Assembly: GCF_021028975.2 (NCBI RefSeq)
Contig: NC_059425.1
Coordinates: forward strand, 115,444,001 to 115,508,000
Direction of reading: 5' to 3'
DNA length: 64,000 nucleotides
DNA from: Sphaerodactylus townsendi
Taxonomy: Eukaryota
This document shows positions 36,801-49,810 of this stretch, piece after piece; the first letter of the stretch is position 1, and each line of letters opens with the position of its first letter. A program made the translations under genes and the position numbers. The notes under the pieces are model-generated. The model saw nothing but the letters and a program-made list of their open reading frames with translations, made no database searches and was not told the origin of the DNA.

Positions 36801-38300
36801 GTTAACAATACAAGTAGGGAGATGTTTCAAGCCATGATGTTAAGGCTTGATGTCTGCATATTACGCAGGATGTGCTACAGACTTGACTGAGCAGAATAAG
36901 ACATCTTCCAAGAATATGAAGTTAATACAGTCTGCACAGTTGCTGTTTCTCCCTGATCTCAGGGCAATACAATTTTATTTAGCAGAAGAGGTTTCAAGCT
37001 AATGTAAATAGCTGAAAAGTTTAATATCATTCTACAACTGATGAATGTGGGAATTCAGACAAAAACGTAATTAGAGGAACAACTATGTAAATGTAATTTA
37101 GAAGCTGTCCCAAAGCTTACATCAGAAACCTTAAATCAACTGCCTTGAAAATATAATGGCATTACACAAGACGTCTGAACTTCTAATAATAATAAACAGA
37201 ACTAAACAGTGTGTAGATTCAGCAAGAATATTCTCATAGGTGTCAAGTATTCTAAACTTTATGTGAAAGCTTTGGAAATGGGCATCACCTTTCATTTTCT
37301 TCCTCCAGCAAAAATGTATTGATGCAAAGATCAGTTTACCAGTGGGAGGATGATTTTCACTGTGGAAATCCCGGCATCAAGAACACTGGAACCTTCAAGA
37401 GACAGCATGTGGTTTGACCATTTTATTGTAAATCTGCCTAATCCTATGTTTGAATTATAGTTAACAGGACAGTAAATTTCAATAAACAGGAGTAAGCAAT
37501 AGATTTGCATTACTTGCTCTGTGTTCAGTCTTGTTACAGCCCAGGGTGTAAGCTGCAAAAAAAAGGGCATTTGCAGGACTTTTTAGTGTGTTTTCAAACA
37601 TCCAGTAAAAGCACCACCCATGGCCCAGATCCAGTTGATTTAGGTTGCAGCACAACACAGAGTTGGGTGTGAGCATAAAAAAAAATGGAAATCTGACTAT
37701 TACAGTGAATGAACTCCTGCTGATTCATAATACTTCAAGCCACCGCTGTGCTGCCTTTGGCTGACCCAGAAACAACACTGGTCAGTAGTGGTTATGGGTG
37801 AACTCCTAGTTCAATTTGGAATTTGCCTCTGCAAATTGAGCTGTAATTATATGGTAATAGTTGGTGATTTTTCTGAGAGTTTCAGCAGCAGGATCAGGAG
37901 CCCTCCAGTGTTCCTTCCTTTTGAGAGGTCTCTATCCAAAGGGGAGAGATTATTGAACACACTCAGGTCCTCCTCCTCTTCTCCCATCTCTTACTTATGG
38001 TTGTGGCTGGTGGCACATGACTTGGACAACATACCAACTTATTTCAGGGACCCTTATGAAGTCATGCCAGGACCAGTCCCACCCTTCTACTTTCCTGCTG
38101 GCCTCTCACAAGGGCATGGATCACTGGATTATGGAGGAAATGAGTTGGAATGTGTTATTACTGTTTTCTCTTTGGAAATAGTCAAAGATTTACTGTGTAA
38201 TCACTTGTGTTGCAGTAATGGTTTCCATTTATATACTACAAGCCAGGACATTAAGAGAAATATAGAAAGAGCTATCATCTCTTCTTTCGGGTTTATTAAT

Positions 38301-39459
38301 TGTCTGGGGGCAGCAGCAATGACCCCACTCCCGGCCAGCGACAAAGCTGCCGGCAAGCCCCTCAATCCAGAGGAGATGCCAGAGACATCGCCTCGGCAAC
38401 CCCTGGCCAGTGAAAAAGCTGCCAGCAAGCCCCTCACAGCAACGACCCCACCCCCCGGCCAGCGACGAAGCTGCCAGCAAGCCCTCAGGCCAGAGGAGAC
38501 ACCAGAGAGGTGGCCTCAGCAGCCCTCAGCCAGCAACGAAGCTGCCGGCAAGCCCCTCAGTCCAGAGGAGACACCAGAGACATCGCCTCGGCAACTCCCA
38601 GCCAGTGACAAAGCTGCCGGCAAGCCCCTCACAGCAATGAACCCACCCCCGGCCAGTGACAAAGCTGCAGGCTAGCCCCTCAGGCCAGAGGAGATGCCAG
38701 AAATGTCACCTCGGCAACCCCCGGCCAGCGACGAAGCTGCTGGCAAGCCACTCAGGCCAGAGGAGATGCCGAGAGGTCACCTTGGTAGCCCTCAGCCAGC
38801 GACAAAGCTGCCGGCAAGCCCCTCAGGCCAGAGGAGATGCCAGAGACGTCGCCTCGGCAACGAGCCCTGGCCTGCAGCCAAGAGGAGATGCCCAAGATGT
38901 TGCCACAGCAACGAGCCTCAACCGGCAGCCAGGATGGAGCCCAGACCTTTGAGGCTGTAAAGCTGGAGCAACCGGAAGCTGGACCAGGTTGGCTGGGCTT
39001 GTGGGCTAAGCGGCAGTTAGGGAGAGGCGGGACAGGAAATAATGGGGGATAAAAGAAGATAGAGACTATAAAATGGGAGGGAAGGAGGAAGGTGGGGCCG
39101 GCAATAGAGTTTGGGAGAGGGAAAACCGGTTGCTTGGGTGGCGATTTTGGCGGGGAAGAAGGGAGAGGGAAAAGGAATTCAGTTGGGTCCATATGAGCTT
39201 GGCAGTGCATTTGCCTCAGCCCTAAGGGACAGGCTAGAGTAGCGCTTGTTCCTGAAGTGGGTGGTGAGGAGGTTTTGACTGCCAGACACCTGATTGGGAG
39301 CCAATAGGGGAACTATAGGGGCAACCTTCACACTAGGGGAAGAGAAAGGGGGACCACCACTCTGACACAATGGTGAGTACGGCTTTGCCAACTGCCGTGT
39401 TAGGGAAGGAGGGACGGCACACCTAACCCCAAGGGAGGAGGGCGGGGCAAAACCCCACA
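38301..39459 (+). mobile_element. Solo LTR (1159 bp), Gypsy/ERV-type
   Basis: Sharp GC-rich block with TG...CA ends (tgtctgggg / aaccccaca), a 5-bp TSD TTAAT (38296-38300 / 39460-39464), and TATAAAA at 39067-39073. Confidence 0.75.
38330..38870. repeat. GC-rich minisatellite of ~72-bp and ~51-bp units inside the LTR
   Basis: About 8 units share the head ccagcgacraagctgccggcaagcccctca, in the order A-B-A-A-B-A-A-A. Confidence 0.95.
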
Positions 39460-39829
39460 TTAATCTTGAAAGATGTGTTATTAGCCTATAGGTTCAAAAG
39501 GAAAAACTCAATCTACTTTTTATTCCTTTTTCTGGGAACTACTTTTTCTCAGTAGAGAAAACATCACTGCTATGGCTAAAAGTACTTCACAAAATTTTCT
39601 GTAGTTTATTCTCAGGACTGATTTAAAATGCATGTGTGCTAAGTGCCATCAAAGACCTTAATTGAACACAGCTGTGGCCAACTGGCTAGATCTCTTAAAG
39701 GTAAGTATAGTATTAACATTTCTGCATTTGTTATAATTTCTTTCTATCTCCCATACAGATCCACAGAAGACCTTTTCAATCCCCAGCATTCATCAAAAGC
39801 AACTCTTGTCAATTTTACAAAAACTGGGC

Positions 39830-41870
39830 AGGTTGTATCCATATTCAGTCCCTACTGCAAGCCTGCACTGAATTTGTGAATCCACTGCACTTCATGCCTT
39901 AATAAATGTTTTCTAATACCTCACCTTGCTTGTGGTTTTGCTTGGTATTTATAAATAATGCAAATCTTAAAGTTCCTACGGCTATTTTGTTGCTCAATAA
40001 AATGTAGGACTATGGAGGCATCTGTACACACATTGTTGATATTTGATTAATGCTCCAATACATGTGTGCATATCATTTTGCAAGTCATACCCACATATAT
40101 ATTCTTACAAGTGCACAAAAGAACATATATACACTGCTTAGTAGTGCATGTTGAAAAATGAGATAGCTGCCATTTAGCATTGGTAACTGGATGGACAAAT
40201 ATCCTTGTTTTCACAGATAAATCACAAGGTCTGCAGTGATTACATTTGAAATGCCCAAGTGTGATCTTTCTAGACAGGGAAACGTGAAAAATCTGACTTA
40301 ATCAGGACATCACATAAGTTCTTAGTAGGTTTAAACCCCACTTTTAGAGGAATAAAGTATCTCAGGATATAAGACACTAAATGCCAATGGTTGTGGATGA
40401 TATGTTTGATGGTTTGGGCACAAGGAGTGAAGTCAAAAGCAACATTAACATTGCTGTTATCATTTGTCATAATTTCAGGTACTAGAAGATCTTGTCTCTG
40501 AACATTTTGAATTTTGTGCCATGCACTATATAAGATAAAATTCGGATAACCTCTTGCCTGATATTGATTCAGATGGGTCTTAGCCCCTCTATCAAAATCT
40601 TCCTTACAGGCAGGGTTCTTTTTGAGACTAATTAACTGGCTAAAGGGAAGACTGTGACTTAAATGTTTATGGTGGTTAAAACAATAATGGAGTACAGTAT
40701 AAAAACAGTAGGTTTTTATAGGGTTTAAAGGTCAAGCTCCTATCCCCTTTTATGTATACTAGTGTGTCCAAAAAGCTCACTTGTTGATGACTAAAAGTAT
40801 GTGTGTACTGTATGAAACGATGAATGTGGTTCATCCACCCCAGAAACTCAGAAATGACCTGAACATAAGACAAAATGAAAACCAGATTGTCAATGTAACA
40901 TCTATATGCAATGATATGTCCAAAAATGGATTGACTGCTCGATTACAAATATGGGAGGCTTAAATCTTTGCCATGAAGAGACTGGCCATGGGAGGAGTTA
41001 TGCCTGCCCCCATATTTATTCCTTTGATTTGAAAATAAAAATCAAGATGGAACCTGAAGTAATTATTTTCTTAAAATGAGTGGGAGAGGACTTGTTGAGT
41101 CTTCTCCTATCTAGGGAGTTTAAAATGACCTCCGAAGACTCATCATGTCGAATGTTGGTGTAGAGTGCACCAACATCCATAGTGAGGGAGAGTGAACATT
41201 CTGGGAAAATTGTGCCCCCCAATTTGTATATAAAATCCAAGTGTCTCTGATAAAGGAAGGAATTGCCTTCACAAATTGCTGTAGAAAAAAACTCCAAGAA
41301 AGTAGATAAGGGTTCGAACACTGAGGCTGAACCTGAGACAACTGGTCTCCCAGGCAGCAGAAATTCTGCTTTGTGCACTTTGGCAAAATATAAAAAAACT
41401 GGAACACTGGGAATGTCATTGAACCGGTATTTCAACCATTGCTCCTATATATGATCTATAATTAATGCATCTTGTACTACAATTTTAATAATGGACAGGA
41501 TGTGATCAATGGAGTCATATCTACCTTTTGATAGTATTCCATATTTCCTAATTGTCTGTGTATTTCTTGAAGATAATCAACAGTATTTAAGATAACTATC
41601 TTTATCAGCCTGTTTAATGATGATATTGTCATCATCGTCAGGATTTGTAATATGCTCTTATACCTGGCAGAACAATTGAATTGATGTCTACCTTGGCAAT
41701 ACCCATCTTCCATTCTCTTTATATTTCCAAAAACCACCCCTTCAATAACAGTAACAGCAGAGTAATTTCTAAAGAAGTAAATGGGGACTAAGGTTTAAAC
41801 TTATCTGAAGGCTTCTTGTTTCCTCTCCAAAGAAAACTCAATGTTTAAGTTGGAAAACTAGTTTAAATAT
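39830..41870 (-). mobile_element. Neptune-type Penelope-like retroelement (RT plus Zn finger plus GIY-YIG), decayed; 3' part
   Basis: Minus strand: AKVHK...PGRPVVSG, LTMDVGALYTNI, MGAGITPPMASLFM, CYIDN (40886-40897), VSFLD, GHFKCNHCRPC, CIYVLLCTCKNIYVG.T (40090-40135), and E.QWI....GLN. Confidence 0.9.
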
Positions 41871-43500
41871 ATTTATTTATTTATTTATTGTTATATTTCT
41901 AAACCACCACCCCCCCCCGAAGGGCTCAGGGCGGTGTACAGGTAAATAGGTAGAGCACATTAAAATCGGTAAACCAAATTCAGATAAGCATTAAATAATG
42001 GCTCTATATTATTAAAAACCAACCCCATTAAAATGCAGCGTTCTAACAACAAATATGTCAATGGCGTCCACCTACTAAATCCCCTTGGAGGAAGAAGGAA
42101 GGGGAAAGGACGGCATAGTCCATAGATGACATGGAAAGGAGGGGATAAGAACAGCGGCCGGTTTTCCTCCAAAGCCTGGGCGGAACAGCTCTGTCTTTGC
42201 GGCAGGCCCTGCGAGGAAAATCATTACAAGATCCCGCAGGGCCCGGTGGTAGCTGAAGGTAGAGCTGCTCCACCAGGCAGGGGCCAGGGTTGTAAAGCGC
42301 CCTGGCCCGGTCTTGGAGGCCAGCGCGCATCATTGAGGGGCCAGGGATCACACCAGTAAGTTGAAAGCCTCTAGCTGGAACGAAGAAGTCGCATTTGGGA
42401 CATATGGGGCAAGGCGGTCCCGCAGGTATGTCGAGGTCCCAGACCGCTGCAAGGCCTTAAAGGTCAATACTCAACATCTCTGGAAAAATGATTACGAATT
42501 CAACATTGGTAACCAGTGCAGCAGGCGGATTGCAACACAGGTGAAATATGGTCTCTGGCAGCACCCCATGTGAGCAAAACGGGCTGGCCGCATTCTGGAC
42601 CAGTTTTTTAGTTTCGGAATCAGACGCAAGGGAAGGCTCCGCAGAAGCGAAGTTGCAATAGTCTAACACCTGAGGTGACCGTTGCATGTATGGATCTAGC
42701 AGGTAGCCAGAATCCGGCTTTACGAAGAGAGAGGAAAGGGGAGGCCAGCCGCTGGGCATTGACGAAGGTGGAAAAACGCTAACCCGGGTGACATGGGCCA
42801 CCTGGGTCTCCCCATTGAAAGCAGACGAATCCAGGGTGGACTCCCTACAGGGCATGCTAACGGAGGAGGCCGGTGCGCCAATATAGTCCCCTCCCACACC
42901 GGGCGCGGCTGGAAATCCCCAACCCCTCCCTCCCGACCTAGCCAGAGGATCTCCTTCTTCGATGGGATTCAGGTTTCAACCTGTTTGCTTCAAATCCACC
43001 CAGCAAATCCTACCTCCAAATGCAGTACTGGAGAGCTGCAGAAGGCTGATGGACCGCTCCCCCCTCCATCAACAGAATCGAGCTGGAGTGTCATCGGCAT
43101 ATTGCCAGTGACAGGTCAGCCCAAAGCTCGGGTACTCAACTGTGAGCAAGGGGCTCGCGATATAGATGTTAGAATATTAATAGCTGGCGGGGGGACAGCA
43201 GCAGCTCCCTCGAGGCATCACCACACTGAAGTGGGTACACTTTCGGGAGGCTTGGTCCCTCGCACTCACAATTCTGTTGAGGTCCGGTCCCGGAGAAACG
43301 AGGCAATCCACTGAAGGACAGTGCCTCGCACCCCGGAAGTGGCCAGGCGGTGGGTCAAAAGGTCGTGGTCGACCACATCAAACGCTGCGGTGAGGTCTAA
43401 CAACACCAGCAGCGCCGATCCGCCTCGGTCTAGTTGTATACGGAGCGTGTCTGTGACGGTGACGAGAACAGTCTCCGTCCCATGCCCAGCACGGAAGCCT
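41871..43500 (-). mobile_element. L2 LINE (same family as 20461) inserted into the Penelope element
   Basis: Minus strand GFRAGHGTETVLVTVTD...LLDLTAAFDVVDHDLL; terminal stem-loop and (TAAA)n at 41871-41940; many small indels in 42150-43260. Confidence 0.9.
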
Positions 43501-43670
43501 CAGGAAGACAGATTCATAACTAGGTTTTCTTTCTCAAAAAACTCTCAAGATCTCTAGCTTCTTTTCCCTGTGAAACTACCCTCCGGTGGTCCCCTGCTAC
43601 CCAAAAAATCATCTTCAGAGGTAGAATAAGTTTCTCCCTTAAATTCTAAATCAGATGAGTTTTACCCATG
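43501..43670 (-). mobile_element. 5' part of the Neptune-type Penelope element
   Basis: Minus strand ENLVMNLSS (43501-43529) is the PLE N-terminal V.NLS motif. It normally precedes the FK...LK..FF...FKP.S.F segment seen at 41780-41870. Confidence 0.6.
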
Positions 43671-45409
43671 CTGCCACATCATCAGGGCCAGGCAAACATT
43701 TTTTTTAGGTGTCTGAGAAGGCATTTTCTTTAAACACATTTCCATGCACAAAACTCCATTCAGCTGTGATGGAGACAGCTCTGCTGCAGCTTAATGTGTT
43801 GGGGTGGACAGATGACCTCCAAACTGAATCACATTCTGGTCTCTGAATCCAATTTTTCCTTTAACCAGTGGAAACAGCACGAAGTGTGTTCATGTAGGGA
43901 TGTGTATCACAGTGCTCAATCTGTGCAGTACAGGAAAACGGCATTCTTGTTTGGATGAGTATTTAGAATTGCAGCTATGTTTTCTGATCCAACAAGTGAT
44001 ACATCCTCAGAAGTCAACTTCAGGATAAAGATTTCCTTCACTGAATCTAAGAAGAATGCCTGCGTGAACAGGGAGGGTAAAAATAGGAAACTGTCTTCTT
44101 CTTTGTCCTATCTGTTTTCTGCATCAGGGTGAGACATACCGAAGAAGGAACAAAGTATATATGCTTTGATTTTTTTTTTGTTACTAGTGTACATAGGACA
44201 AATTGGCTCTTTGACTAGAAATGTAAAACTAATAATAACTATAGCCATATCCCAGTCACATATTATTTTATGATAAAGTTCATTGAAGTCCAGAGAAGGC
44301 AGCCCAAAAAGAGTTCTGCTAAGAATGTAAATGAACTATTTCAAGGTTTTGAAAAGAAAGATGTAGGAGTTTTATGTAAAATAAACTTCCCATCACAAAT
44401 GTTTATTTGAGAAGTGTGAACATGTGGCCTTTCTCTGTTTTAACCTGAAAGTTTAGGCAAGTATTTTACAACTGTAGTGACTGTTGTAATTTAGAGACAT
44501 GTCCTTATAAGGAACACAAAGGATGGGAGTTCATAGGGGATCCCTGGTAGCTAGAAAGGGAGGAGCAGGGACACTAATGTTAGGATATATGGAAGCCAGG
44601 GAATAATGTGTTCGGCAATAAAATATTAATTTTTCTGTGGCGTTCCCATGAATATATCACATGAAGTCAGTAATGGGATGCTTAGAAGACTCCTACAGCA
44701 GAAGTAGGAACAGCTGAAATTTGTGGGCAATATGAGCCATAGGGGCTAACAATAAACATTTCTTGTGGTGTGAGAGAAAACCACTGAAGATCAAAGTCAA
44801 TTTCAAATTGGCAGAAGGAGAAAATATGAATTTCAGTGTAAAATGGCAACACTTTAGAAATACTGTATTCCATCAAAGAATGAGAACTTTGAAAGGCACA
44901 AATTAGTTACGTCTGTGGAGAAAACTGATGAGAGTATAGAGCAATACACAACAGAGCTAAAAACACTGAATAATACTGGTTCCCGTTCATGCATTATGGA
45001 GAATACACACTGGATCCAGGTTCCGCACTCTGTATCTTATATAATATGCGTGTGTGAATTGTGGGTTCTCCTTAATTTCTGCATATGAAATGCCTGATTT
45101 GGATCACAACGGAGGCACAAATGGAGACAGGAGTTAACTCCCCCTCCCCACCATCATTTTGTAACCAGAAATGGTTCTGGGGCTGCAACACAAGATAAGA
45201 ACCCCAACTCAATCTGTGTGTTCCACTTACATGGTTGCAGTGGGTGATTTACTGGCTCTGCTTTCAGTCTCCCATTCTAGATAATTTAAAGGAGCAGAAG
45301 AAACATTGGATGGGAGAATGGCATTGATGGTGATGTAAAGGCCATAGAAATTGAGTCATTTCTAAAGCATCATCCAAAAATAATAATACTCTCTTGACCC
45401 TTCACTTGA

Positions 45410-45705
45410 GAGCCAGCATTGTGTAGTGGTTAAGAGTGGGTGGATTCTAATCTGGAGAACTGGGTTTGATTCCCCACTTCTCCACCTGAGTGACAGAGGC
45501 TTATCTGATGAACCAGATTGTTTCTGCACTCCTGCATTCCTGCTGGGTGACCTTGGTCTAGTCACAGTTCTTTGGAACTCTCTCAACCCCACCTACCTCA
45601 CAAGGTGTCTGTTGTGGGGAGAGTAAGGGAAAGAAGCTTTTAAGCCACCTTGAGTCTCCTTACAGGAGACAAAGGTGATGTATAAATCCAAAACTCTACT
45701 CTCTA
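45410..45705 (+). mobile_element. Squam3-type SINE
   Basis: gagccagcattgtgtagtggttaagag...ctaatctggagaactgggtttgattcccc...ggtgaccttgg...taagccaccttgagtctcc..ggagacaaaggtg..tataaatcc. Confidence 0.85.
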
Positions 45706-47773
45706 CTTGGAAATGGTGTCCCATGATGCTCTAGAAATTTCCTCAGTCTCTCCAGTCAAGACAGCTGAAATTGAGGAAATTCCTATAGTTTTCTGGGAGT
45801 GATGTCACATTCCCCTGAAACTCCCAACTTCACAGGCATCACTCCCAAAATCTCCCAGCATTTGCTGATGCTGGGCTGACAACCCTAGTTTTCCATAATG
45901 GGTAAGCAAAGCCTGGCAGAATTCCTTTTGAGTATTGCGTGTAAATCCTTTTGTCCTATGTGACTGTAAGCAGCCAGGGCAGGATAGTTACCAGCCACAT
46001 TGTCCGGAAGAAAGCAGGAAGATTTACAACTTTCCAAGTCTTGGTCAGAATGCATTAGTGTCCCAGGGCCTTAAATCTTAGCCTGTGTCAGCTTTTGAAT
46101 TTGTCCTTCTAGGAAGGACACTAACATTAAATGACAAAAATAATCTGAAAATGCAGAAGCTTTTAGAGAGTAACCAGTATGAAATGAGTGATCATTTTCA
46201 ATCCATTCTACCTGCAGATGACCAGCTTCTATGTAATTAAGGATACTATGAGGGAAGATTTCAAGTACTCCACAGTGGTGTCATGTTTTTCTCTTGGCCA
46301 TTTTGATGGCAGAGATTTTAGGGCAATTTTTACTTCTGATTATTAACAGTTTGTATCTTGTCAGCTTGTACCTTGACAACTTCAATGATTGCCACCTTGT
46401 GATATCTAAAAGGATGCCTGGTGAAGCATGGGGTGGGCATGTTTTTCTCCTTTGTTGGATGACAGAACTCAAACTAATGGACATACCCTATATAGCAATG
46501 GAGATTTCCCCCCCAAAATTTAAGGAAGAACTCCCAGGCAGTGTGGTGTAGGTGACACTGGAACAGTTTTCTTTATGAGGTGGTGAATTCGGCATCAGTG
46601 GAGATTTTAAAGTAGTGATTGGATACCTACTTGTTAGGGATATTGGAGTTCCTGTGTTGGTGGGGAGTTGGACTAGATGACTCTGAAATAATGACAAAAT
46701 TCTGGTTTTACCCCAGACTATTGTTGTGACTATAAGCTCTAAGGTATATTGGATTTAGTGCAATAAAAGGCATTAAGAATAGTCTCATCACTCAACTGCT
46801 GCACATTTCTCGAAAGCTTATTGCAGAAGCTGAATGGAGTCTTGCCCAATTTTTGCTCCTGTACTTTTAATCCTACATTTTCCTCAGCATGTAATCTATA
46901 AAGTAAACTGCAGTTAGTGTTTTGCTGGCACACAGCTTCCTGCCCATTTTAATGTACTTTCTGTTGTGATAGTATTTGTTGTGCATTTTTGAGAATGTTG
47001 CTTAAATTTGGTCCACAAACATAGTTCTCTTCTTGTATGCTAAATCTTATAATCCCAAATATGTTTACTTGGAAATGAGTCCCACTGTGTTTGATAAAAC
47101 TTATTTCCAAGTGAATCTGCTAAGATGGAAATGTGACAAAAAATCTTTTATTTAACTGAATGCTGTCACACCTGTCTCTGGAAAGTATAGAAAACAGAGA
47201 CTAGATTGACATTATGGCATGCTTATATAAACTCATTCAGGAAGTTCCATTTGCTAAATGGTGGCTGCTTGTTTTCATCTTTGAAACAAAATAACCCCAA
47301 AAGTGAAAGAGATGAAAAACCAATCAGATCCTTCTAAAACAGTGATAAAGAAGAAGAGAAATAAGTCATTAACCATTTGGGGCCATGTTCATAGTTTAAC
47401 ATTATGCTTCTGTTGAATCCTTACCCAACTGAAATCCTTACCCAACTATAGGTCAGTCTTGTGGTCTAAGCTCTCCCTAATTGTTCTCTTCCTTCAGTAT
47501 TTCTTTTTCCTGCTTCCATTTTTTGTTTATGGCAGATAAACAACATAACTTTTCTGCTGTCACCAGCTGTCTCTTTCTTTCCCACAGGATTAATTTATGA
47601 TTGTCCTGTTTGGAAGCCTATTCTTCACACTGCAGCTATAGGCACAGAGTTCATTCAGATGTTACCTTTATGCTTGTGGAAACTGATTCAGCCTGGATTG
47701 ATCTCAGCTTGCTCCAGTAATGGGTCACATTGTTAGGATAAAATGAGAGCACAGCTGCTTCCTTGAGCAGTGT

Positions 47774-48370
47774 GAGCCACTGTGGTGTAGTGGTTAGAGG
47801 AGTGTTGGACTAGGACAGTGGTGGTGAACCTATGGCACAGGTGCCAGAGGTGGCACTCAGAGCCCTCTCTGTGGGCACACACACACAGAGTTCATCATGT
47901 GGGGGAGCGGAAAATCAACCTTTCCACACAGACACATATCTAGGCTGGTCTTGCTTCTGACTTAACCCTCCTAGGGTAGTGATTCACCCATTCGAAGCAT
48001 TGCATGGTTGCTTCACCAAGCTTACTCCCAAGTAATGCATGCCATGGAGCAAACCATTTTTCCTAAACTAAAACCTCAGTATTCAGGTTAAATTGCCACA
48101 TTGGCACTTTGCGATAAATAAGTGGGTTTTGGATTGCAATTTGGACACTCGGTCTCAAAAAGGTTCGCCATCACTGGACTAGGATGGGGGTGACCCCGAT
48201 TTACATCCCTCCTCTGACATGGAACTTGTTGTGTGACTTTGAGCTAATCACATACTCTCAAGTCCAACCTGCTTCCTAGGTCTGATGTGCGGAGCAGAGG
48301 ATAATAACAGAAGCTGCTTTGTGTCTCCATTCGGGAGAAAAGTGGGGTAATTGAAGTGAATAAATACATA
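47774..48370 (+). mobile_element. Older tRNA/CORE SINE split by a hAT insertion
   Basis: The head gagccactgtggtgtagtggttagag..gtgttggactagga continues after 48184 with gtgtgactttgagc... and ends aagctgctttg.gtctccattcgggagaaaagtggggta...aataaata. Confidence 0.7.
47816..48176 (+). mobile_element. 361-bp non-autonomous hAT element (hAT1-like ends)
   Basis: TIRs CAGTGGTGGTGAACCT / AGGTTCGCCATCACTG and a perfect 8-bp TSD GACTAGGA (47808-47815 / 48177-48184). Confidence 0.9.
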
Positions 48371-49810
48371 ATATGGATGCTGTGGAAATCATATTCTTCA
48401 CTTCTTTCCATTTTTCCAGTATTTAAAAATAGATTTTTGTCATCTGATTTTTCTCCTTCTAAATAAAACAATCTATAAACAAGAAAGGGTTTTTCTTCAG
48501 GATACTGAACTGTGTTTTCATTTTAGATAGCATTGAATCAATCTTGCCTACAGTGCAATGATTTAAATGTGAAATCACAAATGATTGTTCTTCTTTTGTG
48601 ACTGTCATCTTTTTAAGATCTGTGTGCTGGAAAGCTGGGGAAAAGGCAGAGCACACATGCTATCCTTTAAAAAAATAAGTCTAACTTTCCAGATAAAACA
48701 TTGTCATCAACAAAGTAGCTGCAATTGTTGCCGAGAGTCCACTGCAGTCTTTGGTAAGTATCAGTTTGCAAAGTACCTGTTGCAAAAGTTCTGGGTAATC
48801 ACTAATATGCATGCCTCCAATTTCATGATTGTTTGTAGGGAGTTATTTTTTGTTATTTTCTAAAGTGATGTGAGTATCTCAGCATTATTCCAAAATACAG
48901 TAATTTTCCCAAGTTAAGAATAACTCTTCCAAACAGAGCTTTTTTTGGTCAGATATATCTTTATCCTGCTAGAAGACAAACCACAGATTATAGCCTTTCT
49001 TTTTAGCTTGTGATTATTTATGGTTTTAAACAGACAATGGTAGACTGAAAATGTATAACAAAAACCTTTAGATTGTGAGAACCTTAGGCCCCCAAATCTC
49101 TTTGCTTCCCTTACAGGATAGGCTTAATTATTCTATTACATATTTGACAAGCTTTATATCCTGTGGTTTAGCAAATTTCATACTGCAGACTGCCTGTTCT
49201 CTTGACCTCGCTGTGTAAGCAGACAGGTTCTGACTGGAATTGGTGGAATCCTATACTTTTTTTTAAAGCTCTGGCCATGATCTGGCCAAAGTTCATCATT
49301 GTTAGGAAATATTGATTTTGATGGGAGAGATTTAAAAATATGCTTAACTATCTCATTGAAACATGGTTTGGATAATGTAGGGAGCTTGGATCAAGAGCAT
49401 ATTTTCCATTTCAGAGCCTCATTTCCATTGGGACTGACTATATTACCTAAGAAGTAGCCAAATTATTCAGGATGCCCATATAGCCAAATAAGCTGTTCCT
49501 TTAACATGGGGTCGACTGTAAAGCCACAACTTTGCAGTTGCATTCATGCCAAAACCATAACGTTAAACAGGCTTAAATCTCATTACATACGTCAAATGAA
49601 AGATATAGCTAAATGTTTAAATCTCATTAATACCAATAGGAAAATATCGAAAATTTTATGCAATTATGGCCTGAATTCTTTAAAAAGTTGTCAGAAAATA
49701 ATTCTGATTTCCTATCATGCATGTCAAAGATACAATTTTCTGTCTTTCCTCAAATATCACAGGCATTCATTTTCTACCATTTTTCTGTAATATCGTGGGT
49801 TGGTGTTAGT

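Noticed and set aside
37788-38675. 295-aa ORF as a host gene
   Set aside because: It is chimeric across the LTR boundary at 38301. The first half has no recognisable motifs and the second half is minisatellite.
38330-38870. CRISPR-like repeat-spacer array
   Set aside because: The 'spacers' are themselves repeated variants, the context is vertebrate and LTR-derived, and there are no cas genes.
39701-39758. Consensus donor AAG|GTAAGT and polypyrimidine acceptor
   Set aside because: The implied 58-nt intron is shorter than typical vertebrate introns, and the flanks have no coherent reading frame.
48693-48753. Candidate 61-nt exon (ttccAG ... G|GTAAGT)
   Set aside because: Weak polypyrimidine tract, no recognisable peptide and no partner exons. 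A non-coding exon cannot be excluded without RNA data.
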